Virus record (IMG/VR): IMGVR_UViG_3300031555_004022
Strand: one strand, 5' to 3'
Length of the DNA: 64,000 bases
Source: an uncultured virus (IMG/VR IMGVR_UViG_3300031555_004022)
Taxonomy: Duplodnaviria > Heunggongvirae > Uroviricota > Caudoviricetes
Shown: positions 57,559 to 64,000 of the stretch, one piece after another
Numbering within the stretch: position 1 is the first letter of the stretch
Layout: every line of letters begins with the position of its first letter
The notes under the pieces: model-generated
Database searches by the model: none
Seen by the model: the letters and a program-made list of their open reading frames with translations, nothing else
Told to the model about the DNA's origin: nothing
Position numbers and translations under genes: made by a program

Positions 57559-58616
57559 TTCTTTCTTCCTCCTTTCCTGATCAGGTGAAGGCAATCCAGG
57601 GGCACCTTGTAGGCCCGGCCCTTGCTTCCGGTCTTCCGGATCACAGCCTGGTCTCCTTCGGCGTACTCGATCAGCTCATAGACCGCCTTCTCGTCATAGC
57701 CCAGATCCTCCGCGTCCCGGATGTGTACCAGGTCGCCGGGGGCACAGGCTCGTCGCAACTTGGCGTATATGTAGGGCAGGCCGTTGAACTCGTTGATCCG
57801 GCGCTCGATGCTCTTTAGCCAGCAGCCAGGGGTCACGGCTCTGATCATTTCGGCGGCGTCTTCGTAGTTTTCGGCCATCTTTTTCGCCTTGTTGTGGCTG
57901 AATGTCTGGTGATTTTTCCGTTCTTCGGGCTTTTTCAGGTTCTTGGAAGCGCACCACCGTTTCTTGCCCTTCGGGTCTTTGGTGATGTAGTGGGCCAGGC
58001 CAGACAGGCCGTTCTCGTCATAGTCCAGGCGGCGGGTCTGATTGCGGCGTCCCAGCTTCCACGTGCTTTCCACTTCATCCATCGACAGCTGGCCGTCCAT
58101 GACGATGTGGTGGTGGCACCTGATCTTGTGGTTGTCGTCCTCTGACCATTCCGTGACATAGACGTACTTGGCAGGGGGCAGGCCCAGCTTCTTCCGGCGG
58201 TAGTTGATGCGCTTGATGTACTTCTGCATATTTTCCAAGGCTTCCTCCATGGAGCCGGGCAGGTTCCGGTCGGTATAGACCAGGGTGGCCCAGATGTCCT
58301 GGCTGGTGAAGTTGGTGTTGATCAGGCGCTCACAGTTCTTTCTGGCGTTCTTGTCCTTCAGGTTCCGCTGGGCCTGGGCATTGTAACCAGGACGGCGGCC
58401 TGCTGCCGGGATGTCTTCACGCTTTACGAACTCCGGATAGATTTCCAGCTCGACCTGATCACCGGCGTCGATCCGCTTCGTGGCGTATATAGCGCGCTTA
58501 CCTTTGCGGATCAACTCCCGGACGAACAGGTCATCGTCCTGGTCTATGGTTCGATCGAAGGCTGCCTCGTAGTCGTAGGGAATGAACGGGGCGGGCTTCT
58601 TCCTTGGCTGCTTCAT
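57519..58616 (-). CDS. HUH-type (rolling-circle Rep-like) protein
   Basis: WATLVY (motif I), CHHHIVM (motif II), LAHYITK (motif III). Confidence 0.7.
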   Translation of the reverse strand: MKQPRKKPAPFIPYDYEAAFDRTIDQDDDLFVRELIRKGKRAIYATKRIDAGDQVELEIYPEFVKREDIPAAGRRPGYNAQAQRNLKDKNARKNCERLINTNFTSQDIWATLVYTDRNLPGSMEEALENMQKYIKRINYRRKKLGLPPAKYVYVTEWSEDDNHKIRCHHHIVMDGQLSMDEVESTWKLGRRNQTRRLDYDENGLSGLAHYITKDPKGKKRWCASKNLKKPEERKNHQTFSHNKAKKMAENYEDAAEMIRAVTPGCWLKSIERRINEFNGLPYIYAKLRRACAPGDLVHIRDAEDLGYDEKAVYELIEYAEGDQAVIRKTGSKGRAYKVPLDCLHLIRKGGRKKCKEQAKRVNSKP

Positions 58617-58717
58617 TGTCTGGCCTCCTTGTAGGCATCTGATCTCACGAAGATTTCCGTGACTTCGGGCTATCCATTACAAGGCCGCCATACCGGGTGT
58701 CTTCCCGGTCGTTTTCG

Positions 58718-58746
58718 TTGACAATTACCGCGCCTTCTGGTATAAT
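58718..58746 (+). promoter_or_regulatory. Consensus sigma-A promoter, antisense to the phage operon
   Basis: TTGACA-N17-TATAAT exact consensus. Confidence 0.9.
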
Positions 58747-58751
58747 AGAAG

Positions 58752-58829
58752 GGCAATATTTAGGTATTGCAGCCTTGTCGGCGTGCCGCCTCCACTCTCA
58801 AATGTCGGGCGGCGCGCCGCTCTTTTTTT
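58752..58829 (+). ncRNA. Putative antisense small RNA of about 78 nt
   Basis: Between the consensus promoter and a GGGCGG-CGCG-CCGCTC-T7 terminator; no RBS-led ORF. Confidence 0.7.
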
Positions 58830-58986
58830 ATGCGCTTTTGTCGTCTTCCTCATTGTTCCGTTCCGCCTCCTTGCCCATCAGGTAGCCCACGAAGTAGGCC
58901 TTGTCGCGGGTGGGCAGTTTGGTGAACTTCTCCGCCACGGTCTGCGCGACCGTGGCGTTTTCGTTTTTCTGGGGTTCCTGGGTCAT
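58828..58986 (-). CDS. 52-aa phage protein, paralog of 63808-63930
   Basis: GGAGGTG RBS; KFTKLPTRDKAYFVGYLMGK. Confidence 0.6.
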   Translation of the reverse strand: MTQEPQKNENATVAQTVAEKFTKLPTRDKAYFVGYLMGKEAERNNEEDDKSA

Positions 58987-58990
58987 GTTC

Positions 58991-59209
58991 TCACCTCCGC
59001 AGGCTGAAGCCCTTCAGGACGCCGTTCTCAAACACGGGCGCGACGTACTTCTTGCTGGGTTCCACGATCACGGCGCCGGGCACGTCAGGGTGGAAGCGCA
59101 GGCCGATTTCGCTGCCGTCGACCAGCTCAATCCAGATCGTGCCGGTGTCGTCGACGCCGGTGATCTTCTTGACGCCGATCACTTCCACATTGTTCACAGT
59201 CTTTTCCAC
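58991..59209 (-). CDS. Hypothetical protein
   Basis: AGGAGGTG RBS, GTG start. Confidence 0.5.
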   Translation of the reverse strand: MEKTVNNVEVIGVKKITGVDDTGTIWIELVDGSEIGLRFHPDVPGAVIVEPSKKYVAPVFENGVLKGFSLRR

Positions 59210-59252
59210 AGTTTCACCTCCTGGGGTTGGTTTCCATTTATTTCCACTTTCA

Positions 59253-59582
59253 TCACGACGGCATACTTCCGTCCGGGTGTGCTGCGGTAGTGTGCTGTTG
59301 GCGGCGTTCCCGCAGGGCGTCCGCTGCTGCCTTCCTGTCTTCCTCGGTGGCCTTCTCGTTGATGATCACCAGGCCGCCCTGGGTTCTCGCGATCGCGGCA
59401 CCGACGCCTGCGGCGGCGATCGCGGTGAAGATGTTGCTGACAAAGTCCATGATGTACTGATCGTGTTCGTCGTGATCCTTTTCCTGTTCCTTCAGCATAC
59501 CGATCGCGGCGTCCTCCAGGAAGTTGCACGCCTTCAGGATGTCCTCGTCTTCGATGATCCGGAAGTTCTGGCCGTCAATCAT
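59253..59582 (-). CDS. Hypothetical protein
   Basis: GGAGG RBS, ATGA overlap. Confidence 0.55.
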   Translation of the reverse strand: MIDGQNFRIIEDEDILKACNFLEDAAIGMLKEQEKDHDEHDQYIMDFVSNIFTAIAAAGVGAAIARTQGGLVIINEKATEEDRKAAADALRERRQQHTTAAHPDGSMPS

Positions 59583-59998
59583 TCCGCCGCCTCCGTTCCT
59601 CTCATGTCGTGGACGATCCGAAGGGCGCGGCCCTTCTCGTCGATCTTGCGGTGGTCAAAATAGACGACCTTGGCAATGCCCAGCAGGTCGGGCAGCTCCG
59701 AAGGTCTGACCGCGCGCATACCAGAGTATTCGATGTTTCGACGGCTGAACAGCTGGACGCCTTCGATGTAGTTGGCAGCGCACACGGTGCCGTCGGGGTA
59801 TTCGTGGATTTCATGGACGACGGTGGGATCATTCCACCATGCCCGGCCATTGCTGACCAGCCACTTGTCCTTGATCTTGCGGAAGGCATAGTAGCCGGTG
59901 GTCACTTCCGGGCCGCCCTGCTCCTGTTTGCACTTTCTGGCCTTCTCGTCCATAGCCTTCAGCCAGGCCGGGCTGAAGGTGATCGCAGTTTCTGCCAT
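59579..59998 (-). CDS. Hypothetical protein
   Basis: AGGAGG RBS; in operon. Confidence 0.55.
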   Translation of the reverse strand: MAETAITFSPAWLKAMDEKARKCKQEQGGPEVTTGYYAFRKIKDKWLVSNGRAWWNDPTVVHEIHEYPDGTVCAANYIEGVQLFSRRNIEYSGMRAVRPSELPDLLGIAKVVYFDHRKIDEKGRALRIVHDMRGTEAAE

Positions 59999-60000
59999 TG

Positions 60001-60216
60001 TTACCTCCTTGTAAAGTGTTCCGGCGTGTTTTTATACACGCAGTTCATATTCTTGTCCATAGCGCCGACGACGTGCATGATCTCACCATTGTCCATGCGT
60101 CGCAGGGCGATCTCATAAATGTACGGGCAAACAATATCCACAGCGCCGACCGTTCTGTCGTTATAAACGACCGGCACCCTGTCCTTGAATGCCTGCTGCG
60201 CTTCTTTCCAGGTCAT
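60001..60216 (-). CDS. Hypothetical protein
   Basis: GGAGG RBS, ATGA overlap. Confidence 0.55.
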   Translation of the reverse strand: MTWKEAQQAFKDRVPVVYNDRTVGAVDIVCPYIYEIALRRMDNGEIMHVVGAMDKNMNCVYKNTPEHFTRR

Positions 60217-60425
60217 GCTTTCTGGGCCTCCTTCTTCTCCCGGCGCTTCCGCCGGTTGTATTCAGGACACGCGAACGGCTCCAGGTCGTGGCACTTTTCG
60301 CAGCACGCTTTGCAGGTAGCCTGCCCGAAGCGCTCATAGCCGCAGGGCCTCGCCCGCTCGGTCTGATCCGGAAAGACTTCGCCGCAGATGTAGCACCGGA
60401 AGCCCGCCACGGGTTTCTTTTTCAT
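60213..60425 (-). CDS. Small Cys-rich (Zn-finger-like) protein
   Basis: CYICG...C...CKACCEKC. Confidence 0.55.
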   Translation of the reverse strand: MKKKPVAGFRCYICGEVFPDQTERARPCGYERFGQATCKACCEKCHDLEPFACPEYNRRKRREKKEAQKA

Positions 60426-60727
60426 GCGGTGCCCTTCTTTCTCCTGGGCTTTCCGCCATCCGGACGGCGGGCCATCTTTGCGGCCTCCATGATCGCGCGC
60501 TGGCGCTGCTCCTGGGTCTGATCTTCAGCGAAGCACGGCAGGCCGCCCATGTTGGCAGCCACGACGCGGGCGTAGGTCAGACCGGTGACCAGGACGTCCT
60601 TCAGCAGCATGATCTGCGCGACCTGCTCCGCGTTGGTGGGGTCTTCGGGTCTCATTGCCTTCGCCCAGCCGACCGCAGCGTCCAGGTCTTCGGGTTCGAC
60701 CAGTTTGTAGCCTTTCTTCTGTTTCAT
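60422..60727 (-). CDS. Hypothetical protein
   Basis: Tightly packed operon ORF. Confidence 0.5.
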   Translation of the reverse strand: MKQKKGYKLVEPEDLDAAVGWAKAMRPEDPTNAEQVAQIMLLKDVLVTGLTYARVVAANMGGLPCFAEDQTQEQRQRAIMEAAKMARRPDGGKPRRKKGTA

Positions 60728-60732
60728 TTTCG

Positions 60733-61500
60733 TCACGCCACGAAATTGATCAGAACGATCGCCGCCAGGGTAGCCACGAAGGCCAGGGTGATGTTCTTCT
60801 GGCGGGCGCCGTCCTTTTCGCCGACCGTGCCCAGGAACAGCACGAAGGCGATCAGGCCCAGCAGAATGTTCAGAAAAATGATCATCGTGTTTTCTCCTTT
60901 CCTGATTTGTCCCGTTTCGGCCCTCCGTAGGCCATCATCGGTGACGCGGGTCAGCGTCAGACGGGATGGGCCAGGGCCGCCGTGATCGACGCCCTGGCCG
61001 TATAATTCGTAAAGCGTAGGCACCGGCAGCAGCCAGGTCACCAGCACCTTCACGGCGCCGTCGTGCCGGTCTTCTTCCTCCGGCTCGTCGGCGTCTGCGT
61101 ATTCTTCCATCATTTCCCGGATTTCTTCCCAGGCTTCAGCCAGGCCGGGCGCGTACTGTTCGTTGATCGTCTGGATCAGGGCGTTCAGCATTTCGGCAGC
61201 TGCGGCTGCTGCCTGGGCTACCAATTCACCGACGCGGCGAAGGGCGTCGTCCAGTTCCGCCACGGTGATCCCGGCGGCGTGGGCCAGCTGCGCGATCTGG
61301 AACTCCAACTCTTTACCGTTCCGGCGACCGGCGCCTATGATCACGGCCCGGCTGCGATCCCGTTCCTGGAGTATCTGTTCCTTGTCCATTGACGCCAGGC
61401 GGCGAAGGGTTTCGACGCCTTCGTCCATGGGGACGATCAGCTCGCCCGGTTCCATTTCCAGCTCCTGGGCGTCCGTTTCAATTATTCCGCCGTGGATCAT
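60733..61500 (-). CDS. Hypothetical protein; contains an internal RBS and ATG for a 50-aa two-TM protein (60733-60885)
   Basis: GGAGG RBS at the start; AAAGGAG RBS before the internal MIIFLNILLG. Confidence 0.55.
   Translation of the reverse strand: MIHGGIIETDAQELEMEPGELIVPMDEGVETLRRLASMDKEQILQERDRSRAVIIGAGRRNGKELEFQIAQLAHAAGITVAELDDALRRVGELVAQAAAAAAEMLNALIQTINEQYAPGLAEAWEEIREMMEEYADADEPEEEDRHDGAVKVLVTWLLPVPTLYELYGQGVDHGGPGPSRLTLTRVTDDGLRRAETGQIRKGENTMIIFLNILLGLIAFVLFLGTVGEKDGARQKNITLAFVATLAAIVLINFVA
60910..60966 (-). ncRNA. Type III hammerhead-like ribozyme A
   Basis: UCCCGUC / UGACGC-loop-GCGUCA / CCGAUGA U / GGCC-loop-GGCC / GAA ACGGGA. Confidence 0.8.
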
Positions 61501-61519
61501 GCGTACCTCCGAAGGTTGT

Positions 61520-61540
61520 GCCGCCCCTGGGCGGGGCGGC
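61520..61540 (-). promoter_or_regulatory. GC-rich hairpin downstream of VR2
   Basis: GCCGCCCC-N5-GGGGCGGC just past the target stop codon. Confidence 0.7.
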
Positions 61541-61546
61541 GGATTG

Positions 61547-62200
61547 TTAGATCATGGAGCCGATCAAGAAGCCGAACGCGACGCCAATGGAGTAGGTCGC
61601 GCCGTGGTTGTTGGCGACGCCGTAGCCGTTCACACCGCAGAAGTACGTGGTGGACGAAGACAACGGGGAGCGGGTGGCGTACCACCACGTCTCGCCGTTG
61701 AAGTTCTTGACGCGGTCGGCTTCGGTCTTGAAAATGGGCAGCTGTTCCTCGTCGGGGCCGTCGCACTCGGTGCCCCACTCGCCCCTGCCGAACATTTCCG
61801 TCGCAGAGGGCCGCCACAGCTTGTCCTCGGTGACGACTTCCTCGCCGCCGATCAGCTGAACGATCCGGCGGGGCGTGATCTCCGCCACCAGGTCGTCAGG
61901 CAGCAGGGCCAGGTCTTCGGTGTTCATGGTCTTCCGGTCGTCGGATTCTGCCCAGGACAGCAGCTTGCCGGGCAGGCGGTTGTACATAGGGCGCCGGGCG
62001 TGCAGGTCTTTCGCGATAAACAGGGCGCCGGTGTCGGTGACCTTCGCGGCCACGACCGTCTGGGCGATCCCGTCCTTGCCGATGTAGGTGATTTCGTCGC
62101 GTTCCTCCAGGAACTGGGTCAGGCGGCCCTGCTGGGCCTCGACGGTGATGTCGTGCCAGTTCACCGGCACCTGCTTCCACTTTCTCATAACTGCGGACAT
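61547..62200 (-). CDS. Stand-alone CLec/DUF6273-like protein, DGR target 2
   Basis: AGGAGG RBS before MSAVMRKW; DKLW.PS..E.FG, WWY.RSP...GVAFGF; contains VR2. Confidence 0.85.
   Translation of the reverse strand: MSAVMRKWKQVPVNWHDITVEAQQGRLTQFLEERDEITYIGKDGIAQTVVAAKVTDTGALFIAKDLHARRPMYNRLPGKLLSWAESDDRKTMNTEDLALLPDDLVAEITPRRIVQLIGGEEVVTEDKLWRPSATEMFGRGEWGTECDGPDEEQLPIFKTEADRVKNFNGETWWYATRSPLSSSTTYFCGVNGYGVANNHGATYSIGVAFGFLIGSMI
61567..61672 (-). repeat. DGR variable repeat VR2 (remote)
   Basis: 106 bp aligned without gaps to TR 30624-30729; 13 mismatches, all at TR adenines. Confidence 0.95.
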
Positions 62201-62228
62201 TGTTCTTTCCTCCTGATTGTTGGTATTG

Positions 62229-62396
62229 TTAGCCCTGGGCCGCTTCCGCGGGCGCGGGCTTGAATAAATGGTCATACTGGCCGTCCCGGTTCTCCCGGAT
62301 CGCGTTGATCAGCTCGTCCAGGCTGATCCCCAGGACGCCGACGACCTGCTGCTGCGGGGTCAGCGCCCGCTGCTTCTCCACGATGAACTCGTTCAT
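62229..62396 (-). CDS. 55-aa hypothetical protein
   Basis: GAGGT RBS; MNEFIVEKQRALTPQ... Confidence 0.5.
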   Translation of the reverse strand: MNEFIVEKQRALTPQQQVVGVLGISLDELINAIRENRDGQYDHLFKPAPAEAAQG

Positions 62397-62405
62397 GGGG
62401 TTACC

Positions 62406-63211
62406 TCACTTTATGGCGTATTTTTGGATTTCTGTCTGATCGAACGGCACCGGCTCCGCGACGCCGAACAGGGACAGCTGGGCGTCGTCCAGTCGGAACT
62501 GTTCGTCAATGTCGCAGAATCGCTCCGTCCGGGTGAATCGGTCGGTTGATTTGTTTGGTAGTGCTTGCAGCTCCAGCAGCCGTTTCCACAGCTCCGGGTG
62601 GTGGTCGTATAGGTGCCGCAGCTCCCGCCACTTTGCATTTGGGCAGAAGAAGCAGCCGTTTCGGGTTGTAAACTCATACGACGGAGAATACAGCCCCGCC
62701 TTCTTGCAGATCGCCACGGCGTCGGCTTCGGTCTTTCCGTACTTTGCCAGCAGGGACACTTTCGTCGTCCCGTCCAGCCGTGCCAGGCGATCAGCTTCGT
62801 CGTCGGCGATCCCGATGTACTGGATTACCTCGTCGTTTTTCCAGGCGGCTGCCTTGTACCGTTCCATGGGGCGGACTTTGCAATCGCGGTTTATGTAGCA
62901 GCGGCCACACAGCGGCCACGCCCATATTTTCCCCGCGTGCCGTCCACCCCCCCCCCGATCTCCTTCTGGAATAGGTCGACGAAGTTCTTCTCGCTCCTGA
63001 CGATGTGTACCTTGATCCCGTGCCCCTCCAGCCACGGGATCGCGGTGTCGTAGATAAAGGCCCGATGTTCCGGCACCTCCGCGCTGATCTCCTTGTCGAA
63101 CATGGTCTCGCAGTATAGGGCCTCGGTCAGCGGATCGCCATGTTCCACAGCCAGGATTGCCGACGCCATGCTATCTTTTCCGAAGGAACAGGACAGCACA
63201 TAGCGCTTCAT
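62406..63211 (-). pseudogene. PAPS-reductase-family gene frameshifted at a G10 tract
   Basis: SCSFGKDS PP-loop in the 5' frame; YIGIADDE..R and R.GCFFCPN in the 3' frame; C10 at 62947-62956. Confidence 0.8.
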
Positions 63212-63217
63212 TGTGTT

Positions 63218-63403
63218 TTAGCCCTCCCTCGCCAGCAGTATGTTCTCGGTGATTTCCACCTTCCGGATATGTTCGGGCGCGAACGTGTTCAGGGCTTTGT
63301 TCCAGGCTTCGGTCAGGTTTTGGGCCTTCACGGTGAAGCCCGTGGTGCCGCCGTTCACAAACGTGACGATCACGATGTATTTCACAGGGCCGCCTCCCTT
63401 CAC
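63218..63403 (-). CDS. Small hypothetical protein
   Basis: Operon ORF; GGGAGG RBS before an internal GTG. Confidence 0.5.
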   Translation of the reverse strand: MKGGGPVKYIVIVTFVNGGTTGFTVKAQNLTEAWNKALNTFAPEHIRKVEITENILLAREG

Positions 63404-63684
63404 AGCGTCTCGTATTTGCCGGTGGTGGGGTTCTTGTACTGGATTTCGGTGCAGCCCAGGCTGGCGCCGACGGTGTCCAAGGGCGCGAAGCTGTTGGAGT
63501 CAGAACAGACGCCCCAGAAATAGGTGACGCCGTCGTCGTCCTTGCAGCGGAACTTGTGGATCATCCGGGGCAGCATCTTCTCGATCTGCTCCCGGCTGTA
63601 CTGGTATTCGCAGCGGACGCGGCGGTCGAATTTCTCGCCGTCAAAGACGGCCTTGTTCTCGTGGGTGATTTTGAAAATAGCCAT
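63400..63684 (-). CDS. Hypothetical protein directly downstream of ribozyme B
   Basis: AAGGAGG RBS; FR..DDDG..YF.G...FAPLD...GCT.IQY. Confidence 0.65.
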   Translation of the reverse strand: MAIFKITHENKAVFDGEKFDRRVRCEYQYSREQIEKMLPRMIHKFRCKDDDGVTYFWGVCSDSNSFAPLDTVGASLGCTEIQYKNPTTGKYETL

Positions 63685-63718
63685 GTGTGCCTCCTTGCGG
63701 GGTTTCCGCTTTCATAGT

Positions 63719-63773
63719 CCCGTTTCGGCCCTCCATAGGCCATCATCGGCGGTGCGGATCGGCACCGGACGGG
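63719..63773 (-). ncRNA. Type III hammerhead-like ribozyme B
   Basis: CCCGUC / CGGUGC-loop-GCACCG / CCGAUGA U / GGCC-loop-GGCC / GAA ACGGG; stem I covaries with copy A. Confidence 0.8.
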
Positions 63774-63807
63774 TGGCACCGGGGATCCTCCCCGGTGCCC
63801 TCGGTGT

Positions 63808-63930
63808 TTACTTTGCGGTCTGCTTCTCGTCGTGCTTGCCGGTGACGTAGCCCAGGGCGAACTCCTTCGCCTCGTCGTCCAGCTGGGCGAACTTCTTCAG
63901 GGCTTCCTCGATCAGGTTCTTCTTCTCCAT
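63808..63930 (-). CDS. 40-aa phage protein, paralog of 58828-58986
   Basis: AGGAGGTG RBS; KFAQLDDEAKEFALGYVTGK. Confidence 0.6.
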   Translation of the reverse strand: MEKKNLIEEALKKFAQLDDEAKEFALGYVTGKHDEKQTAK

Positions 63931-64000
63931 GGTTACACCTCCTTCTTTTTGGGCGGTTCTCCGGTGGTCAGCCACGCCAGCCAGCACTCGCGGCAGGTGA

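Larger units (their letters stand above)
25162..64000 (-). mobile_element. Siphovirus-like prophage (HK97-type head), continues beyond the window
   Basis: Contiguous minus-strand early, packaging, head, tail, DGR and lysis modules; visibly higher GC than the left island. Confidence 0.95.

Overview
The window has two adjacent mobile elements from a Firmicutes (Clostridia-like) genome. (1) About 148-25161 is an AT-richer island bounded by a perfect 52-bp direct repeat (tRNA-type ACCA end plus terminator). It carries an extended TerY-P-type operon (LRR protein, kinase, vWA, PP2C, RecQ-like helicase, coiled-coil membrane protein, TerY-C). It also has a RepA_N/DnaC/oriT/MobC/ParB/Xis/Int backbone with no relaxase, two TnpV genes, an orphan Spo0A-like regulator and a WYL-UDG-like cassette. 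(2) About 25162 to beyond 64000 is a GC-rich siphovirus-like prophage, all genes on the minus strand, next to a tRNA-fMet-like 3' fragment. It has lysis, tail, head, packaging and early modules. It also encodes a complete diversity-generating retroelement (RT, Avd, TR) with two targets: a tail protein and an early gene 31 kb away. Other notable prophage features are two covarying type III hammerhead-like RNAs, an antisense RNA upstream of an HUH Rep gene, two G10-frameshifted genes, a duplicated late-promoter/leader and a -1 frameshift in the tail chaperone. All calls come from reading motifs by eye; no database search was run.
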